DNA of 64,000 nucleotides from Acidobacteriota bacterium (GTDB taxonomy: Bacteria; Acidobacteriota; Vicinamibacteria; Vicinamibacterales; UBA2999): the NCBI GenBank assembly GCA_003222635.1, contig QHWQ01000010.1, positions 3,334 through 67,333 on the forward strand, read 5' to 3'. The notes beneath the pieces were generated by a model. That model searched no databases. It saw only the letters and a program-made list of their open reading frames with translations, and had not been told where the DNA came from. The position numbers and the translations under genes are program-made. Below are positions 1-7,104 of the stretch, one piece after another (positions within the stretch are counted from its first letter, which is position 1; every line of letters begins with the position of its first letter).

Positions 1-1127
1 CCGGCCGCGGCGCTGGCGTGGTGGCGGTTCGAGTTGCTCAGCAGCGTGTTGCGATCGACCTGCCGATACGCCTGGAACGGCAGCTGGCACTCGTGTTTCC
101 GCAGGAAGTTCAGGAACTTCTTGTAATCGGACGATTCCATGTTGAAGAGCCGCACGACGATCTTGTAGCTGCCGCGCGCCTCCTCGAGTCCCTTGCGCAC
201 CAGGTCGCGAACATCGGTGCGCGTGATGTCGCGCTGCATGTAGAGCGGATACACCGTGGACCAGAAACATTCGCCGCCGGTCGTCACGCGCTCGTACAGC
301 TCGTCGACGATGCCGTTGCGGGGCGATTCGACCGCCCGCGGCGAGTGCGGCCGGTGGTGGCCGCGCAGTTCGTCAGGCAGATCGCCGAGCTCGATCGTGT
401 CGCGATGGCCGACCACCATCAGGCGCTCGATCACGTTTTCCAGCTCGCGCACGTTGCCGGGCCACGGATACTCGGTGAGCGCGGCGACGGCCTCGGGCGA
501 GATCGCGCGCACGGTCGTCGACCCGTGGCGGAACTGCTGAAGGAAGTGTTCGATCATCGGCGGAATGTCCTGCCTCCGTTCGCGCAGCGGCGGAACCTTC
601 AGCTGGATGACGTTCAGGCGGTAAAACAGATCCTCGCGGAATAGCCCCTGCGCGATGCGCTGCGGGAGATCGCAATTGGTGGCGGCGATGACGCGCACGC
701 GCACCGCCGCGGTCGGCCGCTCCGCGCCGACCTTCTGCAGCTCGCCCGTCTCCAGGAAGCGCAGCAGCAGTCCCTGCATCCGCAACGTCATCTCGCCGAC
801 TTCGTCGAGGAAGATGGTGCCCTCGTGCGCGATTTCGAGCTTGCCGGGCTTGTCGCGGTAGGCGCCGGTGAAGCTGCCCTTCACATGTCCGAACAGCTCG
901 GACTCGAGGAGCGTCTCCGGCAGACCCGCGCAGTTCATCGGAATGAACGGCCGATGCGACCGCGTGCTGAGCGCGTGGACTTCCCGCGCGATCAACTCCT
1001 TGCCGACGCCGCTCTCGCCGGTAATGAGCACCTTCGCGTCGGAGCGCGCCACGCGCTCCATCTCACGCCGCAGGTCGATCATCTGCGGGCTTGCTCCTGT
1101 CAACTTGCCGTAGGCGTAACCTCTCAT
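1..1127 (-). CDS. sigma-54-dependent transcriptional activator (bEBP), AAA+ core; C-terminus runs off the left edge
   Basis: This gene is absent from the ORF track because it runs off the window. My reverse-strand translation from ATG 1127 reads MRGYAYGKLTGASPQMIDLRREMERVARSDAKVLITGESGVGKELIAREVH...GTIFLDEVGEM...ESELFGHVKGSFTGA...RVIAATN...PGNVRELENVIER. That gives Walker A, Walker B, a GAFTGA-type loop (GSFTGA) and an R-finger. Only about 15 aa precede the AAA+ core, so there is no receiver, GAF or PAS module. An in-frame GTG about 40 nt upstream is an alternative start. Confidence 0.85.
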   Translation of the reverse strand, partial: MRGYAYGKLTGASPQMIDLRREMERVARSDAKVLITGESGVGKELIAREVHALSTRSHRPFIPMNCAGLPETLLESELFGHVKGSFTGAYRDKPGKLEIAHEGTIFLDEVGEMTLRMQGLLLRFLETGELQKVGAERPTAAVRVRVIAATNCDLPQRIAQGLFREDLFYRLNVIQLKVPPLRERRQDIPPMIEHFLQQFRHGSTTVRAISPEAVAALTEYPWPGNVRELENVIERLMVVGHRDTIELGDLPDELRGHHRPHSPRAVESPRNGIVDELYERVTTGGECFWSTVYPLYMQRDITRTDVRDLVRKGLEEARGSYKIVVRLFNMESSDYKKFLNFLRKHECQLPFQAYRQVDRNTLLSNSNRHHASAAA

Positions 1128-1603
1128 CGCAACCTCGCCGGACAGACTGGTGCTGTCAACGCGCACACCGTCATCGACGGCGCCACGCAAGTGCCTCTTC
1201 TTTTTCAGGGCTGCACGTGTTTTCTACCGTTGAGCAAAGAGAAAGCCAGGGTGGCCAATTTTTTGACCATTGACCGCAACCTGCAGTTACGGCAGAGGTT
1301 GTGGTGTTGACCCCACGATGCGAGAGCGCTAAAGGATCGTCCTTTCGCCGTGTGGCCGTTCCACCGATGCCGGATCCAGCAGACCGAAGTCCTCTGTTTG
1401 GAAGACTAGAGGCATCGTGATAACACCATTGAATCAACCTTGGACGGGAAAGTCGCTTGATCGGCGGCATGTTCCAAACTGATCAGTACACACCAGCAGT
1501 TGTCGCAAGATGGATCACGCGTCGCGAACGCAGAACTGCACTCCGATCGTCTAACTGATTGAGAGATAGTTGTTTACGCGATGTGTCCGAGTCGGAGGAA
1601 GAC

Positions 1604-1619
1604 TGGCGATGACCTTGCT
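1604..1619 (+). promoter_or_regulatory. candidate sigma-54 (-24/-12) promoter for the receiver-like gene
   Basis: The sequence TGGCgatgaccTTGCt has its GG and GC dinucleotides at canonical spacing (TGGC-N7-TTGC). It lies about 37 nt upstream of ATG 1655, inside a 527-bp lower-GC divergent spacer next to a bEBP gene. Confidence 0.35.
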
Positions 1620-1654
1620 GAGCTCATTGGTGCTCGAAGGTCAATCTCGGTTCA

Positions 1655-2026
1655 ATGATGCAGGCGCCTACGGTTCTCATCGTTCACGGCGATCGCAGCG
1701 TGTCCGCCCGGATCTCGGCGAAGCTCCAAGGCACGGCGGACGTGTCGATCGCCGCGACGTTTGATGAGGCCAAGGCGATCCTCGCCACAACGCCTCCTGC
1801 GGTGCTGATCACCGGCGTCCGTCTTGGTCAGTACAACGGCCTGCATCTCGTCATCCGCAGCCGCATCGGTCATCCGGAGACCGCGAACTTTGTGATTCTG
1901 GACGAACCGGATGCGGCGGTTGAACAGGAAGCGGCAGCGCACGGCGCCGTCTCCCTCGAGTATCCGGCAAAGGAAAAGGAATTGACGATGCTCGTCGCGG
2001 CCGCGCTCGAGCGCGTGAGCCGTTAG
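1655..2026 (+). CDS. stand-alone response-regulator receiver-like protein (probable pseudo-receiver)
   Basis: This 123-aa ORF has a CheY-like alternating beta/alpha pattern (TVLIVHGD...AVLITGVRLGQYNGLHLV...FVILDEP...). The position of the phospho-acceptor Asp reads LITG, so no Asp is present there. Confidence 0.6.
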   Translation: MMQAPTVLIVHGDRSVSARISAKLQGTADVSIAATFDEAKAILATTPPAVLITGVRLGQYNGLHLVIRSRIGHPETANFVILDEPDAAVEQEAAAHGAVSLEYPAKEKELTMLVAAALERVSR

Positions 2027-2036
2027 GGCACTCCCG

Positions 2037-3008
2037 CTACCCGCCTCCGTTGTTCGCCGCTTCGGCCGCGCCCTGCAGCATGCCGCGCAGCCGCGGCTCG
2101 ATATCTTCACCCAGCGCTTCACGCATCGAGTCGTGCGCCTTGCGCAGACGCGATAGCGCTTTGGGGTAGGGCAGTCCGGTCTTCTGCATCACGATCGCGG
2201 CTTTGACGTTCCAGTGCGCCTTCTTCAGCAGCTTGTCGGCGTCGTCATACTCCAGCCCGGTCACGATGTTGACGATGCGCCGCGCGCGATCCTTCAGCTT
2301 CTCCGATCCCGTCTGTACGTCGACCATCAGGTTGCCGTAGGTCTTGCCGATTCGCACCATCGCGCCCGTCGTCAGCATGTTGAGCACCATCTTCGTCGCG
2401 GTGCCGGCCTTCAGGCGGGTCGACCCCGCGATCACCTCGGCGCCGACCGCAGGGGAGATGGTGAGGTCGACGAACGTCTGCAGCTCGCTGTGGGGATCAC
2501 ATGTGACGAAGATGATGCGCGCACCCGCGCGGCGTGCGCGCGTCAGCGCGCCGCGGACGAACTGCGTCATGCCGCTGGCGGAGACGCCGATCACCACGTC
2601 ACGTTTCGTCGGACTCATGCGCATGATCGACCGCGCGCCTTCTTCGTAGTTGTCCTCGACGCCTTCCTTGGCGGCGAAAATCGCGCCGCGTCCGCCGGCC
2701 ATGATGGCCTGCACCAGGTTCGGATTCGTGCTGAAGGTCGGCGGCATTTCCGCCGATTCGAGAACGCCGAGGCGCCCGCTCGTGCCCGCGCCCACGAAGA
2801 TGATCCGTCCCTCTTTCCGCAGCGCCGACGCCACCATCTCGATGCCGACGGCAATCCGCTCGTGCTCGCGCTGCACCGCCGCGAGCATCTTGCGATCCTC
2901 GCCGAGCATCAGCTCGACGATGTCGTCGGGGTTCAGTTTGTCGATACCGAGGGTGGCGGGGTTGATGGCTTCGGTCGGGAGCGATTGCCACTTCGAGCGT
3001 ACGGCCAT
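2037..3008 (-). CDS. murQ: N-acetylmuramic acid 6-phosphate etherase
   Basis: This 323-aa ORF shows the SIS-domain etherase pattern GRIIFVGAGTSGRLGVLESAEMPPTF...VIGVSASG...GSTRLKAGTATKMVLN and looks full length. Confidence 0.9.
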   Translation of the reverse strand: MAVRSKWQSLPTEAINPATLGIDKLNPDDIVELMLGEDRKMLAAVQREHERIAVGIEMVASALRKEGRIIFVGAGTSGRLGVLESAEMPPTFSTNPNLVQAIMAGGRGAIFAAKEGVEDNYEEGARSIMRMSPTKRDVVIGVSASGMTQFVRGALTRARRAGARIIFVTCDPHSELQTFVDLTISPAVGAEVIAGSTRLKAGTATKMVLNMLTTGAMVRIGKTYGNLMVDVQTGSEKLKDRARRIVNIVTGLEYDDADKLLKKAHWNVKAAIVMQKTGLPYPKALSRLRKAHDSMREALGEDIEPRLRGMLQGAAEAANNGGG

Positions 3009-3064
3009 AAGTTCGCTACAATTCTACAATTCCGAGGACCTCCACTTCAGCGGTTGACACCTAC

Positions 3065-3931
3065 TTGACCCACCTGACGGTTGAGCGGCGGCTCTCTGCC
3101 AATTCCGTGGAAAGTTACGCCCGCGATCTGGTGCTGCTGCAGGAGTTCGCGGCCGGGCACAAGGCGCCGGTCGAGCGCCTGACGCGCCCACGCCTCGAGG
3201 AGCTCGTCCGCCAGCTGATGTCGGAGGGCCGCTCGCCGCGGTCGGTGGCACGCGCGATTGCGTGTTACCGCGGCTTCTATCGGTTCCTCGTCATCGACAG
3301 CCGCCTGAAGACCAACCCGGCGGACCAGCTGCGTGCGCCTCGCTCGTGGAAAGCGCTGCCGCGGCACCTCTCCGTCGAGCAGGTCGACCGGCTGCTCGAG
3401 CAGCCCGACGTGAAAACGCCGCGCGGCCTTCGCGATCGCGCGCTCATCGAACTGCTGTACGCCACGGGGCTACGCGTCTCGGAGCTGGTCTCGCTGCGAC
3501 CGGCCGACGTGAACCTCGAAGCGTCGTACCTGACGTGCACGGGCAAGGGCGAAAAGCAGCGGATTGTCCCGATGGGAGATGAGGCAGCGGCCTGGGTGCG
3601 GCGTTATCTCCGCGAGGGCCGTCCGGCGCTGCTCGGCAAGCGAAGCAGTCCACGTCTGTTCGTCAACGCCCGCGGCGGCGGGCCGGGACTGAGCCGCGTC
3701 GGCTTCTGGAAAATTCTCAAGGCTTACGGCCGCAGCGCCGGCCTCACCTCGTCTATCAGCCCACACGTGCTGCGTCATTCGTTCGCGACGCATCTGCTCG
3801 AACGCGGCGCCGATTTGCGCGCGATCCAGATGATGCTCGGCCACGCGGATCTCTCGACCACGCAGATCTACACGCACGTGCTGCAGCAGCGGATGCGGGC
3901 GGTCTACGACCGCTTCCATCCAAGGGCATAA
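3065..3931 (+). CDS. xerD: site-specific tyrosine recombinase XerD/XerC
   Basis: N-terminal SAM-like motif LTVERRLSANSVESYARDL. Catalytic region ATGLRVSEL...HVLRHSFATHLL...LGHADLSTTQIYTHV gives the R-H-R-Y pattern. TTG 3065 is the first start in frame, yet the in-frame upstream codons (AVDTY) already look like XerD, so the 5' end is uncertain. Confidence 0.85.
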   Translation: MTHLTVERRLSANSVESYARDLVLLQEFAAGHKAPVERLTRPRLEELVRQLMSEGRSPRSVARAIACYRGFYRFLVIDSRLKTNPADQLRAPRSWKALPRHLSVEQVDRLLEQPDVKTPRGLRDRALIELLYATGLRVSELVSLRPADVNLEASYLTCTGKGEKQRIVPMGDEAAAWVRRYLREGRPALLGKRSSPRLFVNARGGGPGLSRVGFWKILKAYGRSAGLTSSISPHVLRHSFATHLLERGADLRAIQMMLGHADLSTTQIYTHVLQQRMRAVYDRFHPRA

Positions 3932-3938
3932 GCGGGGC

Positions 3939-5621
3939 GTGTTTCGGCTGATGCGGCGCCTCGCGATCGTCTTCATCGCCGCCCTTGCGCTCTGGTGGAT
4001 GATGCCGCCAGCCGCGCGCGAGCTTCCCCCGCCTGCGGCCGGGCTCACGCCGGGGCTTCGCGGCGTCATCCACATCCACACGAATCGCTCCGACGGCACC
4101 GGATCCGTCGACGATGTTCTTCGCGCCGCAGCAACCGCCGGACTGAAGTTCGCGATTGTGACGGACCATGGCGACGGGACGCGTGCACCCGACCTGCCGG
4201 ACTATCGCAGCGGTGTGCTCTACATCGATGCCGTCGAGATCAGCACGACAGACGGCCATCTCGTCGCGCTTGGATTGCCGAAGGCGCCGTATCCGCTCGC
4301 TGGCGAGGGACGCGATGTCGTCGAGGACGTGCATCGGCTCGGCGGCATCGCCATCGCGGCGCACCCCGGTTCCGAGAAGCCGGATCTGCGATGGACCGAC
4401 TGGAATGCGCCGATCGATGGCCTGGAGTGGCTGAGCGCCGACAGCGAATGGCGCGACGAGCATCCGTGGACGCTGGCGCGCGCGCTCCTCACCTATCCGT
4501 TCCGGCCGGCGCAAGCGCTCGGGCTGCTGCTCGATCGGCCGGGGCCGGTCATTGCTCGCTGGGACGAGATCTCGCAGCAGCGCCGCGTCGTTGGGCTGGC
4601 GGCCGTCGATGCACACGCGCGCGTGGGCGTACGATCGTTCGGCGAGCCGTACGACAGCGCAGGGTCGCTGCATTTTCCGTCGTACGCGACCTCGTTTCGC
4701 GAGTTCTCGATCACGCTGCCCGATGCGCGGCCCACAGGAGACGCCGCGGCCGATGCGCGCATCGTCCTGGATGCGATTCGGCAGGGCGCGTTCTATTCGA
4801 CGATCGACGCGCTTGCGGGTCCTGCCGCGCTGCGTGTGCGCGAAGCGAGCGGCACGATCACCGTGGATGCGCAGGCCCCGGATGACGCGCGTATCGCGCT
4901 GTTTCGAAACGGCGTCGCCGTGGCGAATACGCGGGGCGCGCGGCTGCAGCACGAGGCCGACGCGGCGGTCTATCGGGTCGAGGTGACGCTGCCTGAGTCT
5001 CCGGGAAATCCGGCGGTGCCGTGGATCATGTCGAATCCCATTTATGTCGGTCGCGGACCCGAAGGGTCCGCGCCGCTCCCGACCGAAGAGTCGAGCGGGC
5101 CGCAGAGGTCGAGCGGCGCGGACCTTTCGGGTCCGCGAACCTTCACCACGCTGTACAGCGGCGGGCCCGCTCGCGGATGGACGATTGAGAAGAGCGCCGC
5201 GTCCGACGCGGCGATCGATGTGATTGGCGCGCTTCCCGGCTCGCAGGCGCTCCTGCGCTTTGCGCTGTCGGGGACGGCGGCGGACAATCCATACGCGGCG
5301 TTTGTCATCCCCGCGAACGCGGCCATCGCAACCGCCGACCGTCTTGTCTTCACCGCGCGCGCCGATCGGCCGATGCGCGTGTCCGTGCAGCTGCGCGCGC
5401 CGGGTGGAGAAGGCGAGCGGTGGCACCGCTCCGTCTATCTCGATCGGACGCCGCGAACCATCGACCTGCCGTTTGCCGACTTCCGGCCTGTCAGTAGGAC
5501 ATCCGCCGCGCAACCTGTGTTATCGAAGGTGGACGCCGTGCTGTTTGTCATCGATGCGGTGAACACGAAGATCGGCTCCAACGGCCAGCTCACGATCGAC
5601 GACATCAAATACGGAAAGTAG
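3939..5621 (+). CDS. membrane-anchored PHP/CehA-type metallo-phosphoesterase with C-terminal beta-rich (CIA30/CBM11-like?) domain
   Basis: N-terminal TM helix, then PHP metal motifs GVIHIHTNRSDGTGS...AIVTDHGD...IAAHPG. The call for the C-terminal domain is weak. The start could be GTG 3939 or ATG 3951. Confidence 0.7.
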   Translation: MFRLMRRLAIVFIAALALWWMMPPAARELPPPAAGLTPGLRGVIHIHTNRSDGTGSVDDVLRAAATAGLKFAIVTDHGDGTRAPDLPDYRSGVLYIDAVEISTTDGHLVALGLPKAPYPLAGEGRDVVEDVHRLGGIAIAAHPGSEKPDLRWTDWNAPIDGLEWLSADSEWRDEHPWTLARALLTYPFRPAQALGLLLDRPGPVIARWDEISQQRRVVGLAAVDAHARVGVRSFGEPYDSAGSLHFPSYATSFREFSITLPDARPTGDAAADARIVLDAIRQGAFYSTIDALAGPAALRVREASGTITVDAQAPDDARIALFRNGVAVANTRGARLQHEADAAVYRVEVTLPESPGNPAVPWIMSNPIYVGRGPEGSAPLPTEESSGPQRSSGADLSGPRTFTTLYSGGPARGWTIEKSAASDAAIDVIGALPGSQALLRFALSGTAADNPYAAFVIPANAAIATADRLVFTARADRPMRVSVQLRAPGGEGERWHRSVYLDRTPRTIDLPFADFRPVSRTSAAQPVLSKVDAVLFVIDAVNTKIGSNGQLTIDDIKYGK

Positions 5622-5897
5622 ATGCCGACGGTACGATTCACGGACAACATTCAGCGCCACGTGGAATGTCCGACGCGGGTCGTCGGCGGCGCGCGCGTCC
5701 GCGATGCGCTCGACGCGTACTTCAGCGCCAACCCCCGCGCCCGGGGCTATGTGCTCGACGAGCGGGGCAGGCTGCGCGAGCACATGGCGATCTTCGTCAA
5801 CGGCGGGCAGCTGCGCGATCGCGCCGGGCTGACCGATCCGGTCGAAGACGAAGGCATCATCGACGTCATTCAGGCGCTGTCAGGAGGAGAGTCATGA
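5622..5897 (+). CDS. MoaD/ThiS-family ubiquitin-like small protein
   Basis: This 91-aa ORF ends ...VIQALSGGES, with Gly-Gly two residues before the stop. Its ATG directly follows the upstream stop, and its own stop overlaps the next ATG (ATGA). Confidence 0.7.
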   Translation: MPTVRFTDNIQRHVECPTRVVGGARVRDALDAYFSANPRARGYVLDERGRLREHMAIFVNGGQLRDRAGLTDPVEDEGIIDVIQALSGGES

Positions 5898-7018
5898 GCC
5901 GGGCGTCCACGTGTCATGTCGCGACGCGCAAGGGACTGTTCACGGTCACACGCGGCGCGTCGGGCTGGTGCGTCTCGCGCGCGGCGTTTCTCGGCGACAA
6001 CTGTACGCTGACGATGCACGACCCGCGCACAGGCGTGCTCGTGGTTGCGCTCGGTCACGGACATTTCGGCGCCAAGCTCCATCGATCGCATGATGAAGGC
6101 GCGACGTGGCAGGAGATCGGCACGCCGGCCTATCCGCCGATGCCCGACGGCTACACGCCGAAGATGACGCACAACGGCAAGGCGATCGACTGGACGCTCA
6201 AGCTGGTATGGGCGCTCGCCCCGGGAGGCGCGAACGAGCGCGGCGTGATCTGGTGCGGCACGATGCCGGGCGGACTGTTCAAGTCGGAGGACGGCGGCGA
6301 CTCGTGGACGCTGAATCGCGCGCTGTGGGACGACCCGAAGCGCGAAATGTGGTTCGGCGGCGGCGCCGACTATCCCGGCATTCACTCGATTTGCGTACAC
6401 CCGGGCGATGCGGACGATGTGGTCATCGGCATCTCATGCGGCGGCGCGTGGGTGACGCGCGACGGCGGACAATCGTGGAGCGTCGGGGGCACAGGGATGC
6501 GCGCCGAATACATGCCGCCGGAGATGCAGTTCGAACCGAACGCGCAGGATCCGCATCAGGTCGTACAGTGCCTGGCCAACCCCGATGCGCTCTGGGTGCA
6601 GCATCACAACGGTATCTTCAGATCCACCGATCGCGCCGCGTCGTGGTCCGAGATCAAGAACGTCAACCCGTCGGCGTTCGGCTTCGCGGTCGCCGTGCAT
6701 CCGCGCGACGCGGAGACCGTGTGGCTCGTGCCGGCGCTGAAAGACGAGAAACGCTATCCCGCCGACGGTCGCGTCGTCGTCAATCGCACACGCGACGGCG
6801 GCAAAACGTTCGAGACGCTGACGACCGGATTACCGCAGCAGCACGCGTACGACCTCGTCTATCGCCACGCGCTCGACATCGACGAGAGTGGGGAAGTGCT
6901 GGCGTTCGGATCGACGACGGGATCGCTGTGGGTGACGGAGAACGGTGGCGATTCCTGGCAGACGGTCTCCTCCAACCTGCCGCCGATTCATTCCGTGAGG
7001 TTCGGTCAGTCCGGCTAA
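5894..7018 (+). CDS. BNR/Asp-box repeat beta-propeller protein (sialidase-like fold)
   Basis: The ORF-track entry 5666..7018 is over-extended. ATG 5894 is preceded by GGAGGAGAG. Six Asp-box motifs are present: SHDEGATW, SEDGGDSW, TRDGGQSW, STDRAASW, TRDGGKTF, TENGGDSW. Confidence 0.8.
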   Translation: MSRASTCHVATRKGLFTVTRGASGWCVSRAAFLGDNCTLTMHDPRTGVLVVALGHGHFGAKLHRSHDEGATWQEIGTPAYPPMPDGYTPKMTHNGKAIDWTLKLVWALAPGGANERGVIWCGTMPGGLFKSEDGGDSWTLNRALWDDPKREMWFGGGADYPGIHSICVHPGDADDVVIGISCGGAWVTRDGGQSWSVGGTGMRAEYMPPEMQFEPNAQDPHQVVQCLANPDALWVQHHNGIFRSTDRAASWSEIKNVNPSAFGFAVAVHPRDAETVWLVPALKDEKRYPADGRVVVNRTRDGGKTFETLTTGLPQQHAYDLVYRHALDIDESGEVLAFGSTTGSLWVTENGGDSWQTVSSNLPPIHSVRFGQSG

Positions 7019-7104
7019 AGCCGGACACTACCGCATCGGTACGAACGCGTCGGTAGTGTGCCTCGGTAGTCGCGTGCGTCCGTAGTGTCCGCCTTCAGGC
7101 GGAC
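7009..7104. repeat. REP doublet (two inverted REP hairpins)
   Basis: GTCCGGCtaaaGCCGGAC+ACTACCG lies at 7009-7033, and GTAGT+GTCCGCCttcaGGCGGAC at 7082-7104 in opposite orientation. Both flanking stop codons (7016-7018 and 7104-7106) fall inside or at the edge of the hairpins. The same family recurs at 21711 and 57866. Confidence 0.8.

Noticed and set aside
1128-1603. The lower-GC 527-bp spacer might hold a small RNA, riboswitch or small ORF. Track ORFs 1171..1470 and 1091..1273 fall within it.
   Set aside because: I recognised no conserved RNA motif (tRNA, tmRNA, SRP, RNase P, 6S), no convincing terminator, and the small ORFs show no coding bias. I treat it as a divergent regulatory region.
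3246-3261. The sequence TGGCACgcgcgaTTGC resembles a sigma-54 promoter.
   Set aside because: The GG-to-GC spacing is one nt too long, and the site is in the middle of the xerD coding sequence with no downstream gene start.
3756-5513. There are many long ORFs antisense to, or out of frame with, real genes. Examples are 3756..5513 (585 aa), 54417..57116 (899 aa), 7531..9147 (538 aa), 60004..61227, 33308..34759, 23401..25374, 26887..28077 and 38491..39552.
   Set aside because: Their translations are Arg/Ala/Gly/Pro-rich low-complexity strings with no motifs. They lie opposite ORFs with clear family signatures and GC3-biased codon use. Spurious open frames of this kind are expected in GC-rich DNA because stop codons are rare.
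5666-5893. Several ORF-track entries have 5' extensions: 5666 for the BNR gene, 16125 for tolQ, 23398..25524 for EI, 26033..27415 for rapZ, 33320..35848 for recJ, 40748 for the propeller gene, 42830..44857 for the aminotransferase, 54156 for the receptor, and 13145 and 15123 for parA and miaB.
   Set aside because: The extended parts overlap the upstream gene in another frame and translate to nonsense. Internal starts give canonical N-termini (Walker A, signal peptides, MAKKYLIETFGCQMN and so on) and typical ATGA/GTGA coupling.
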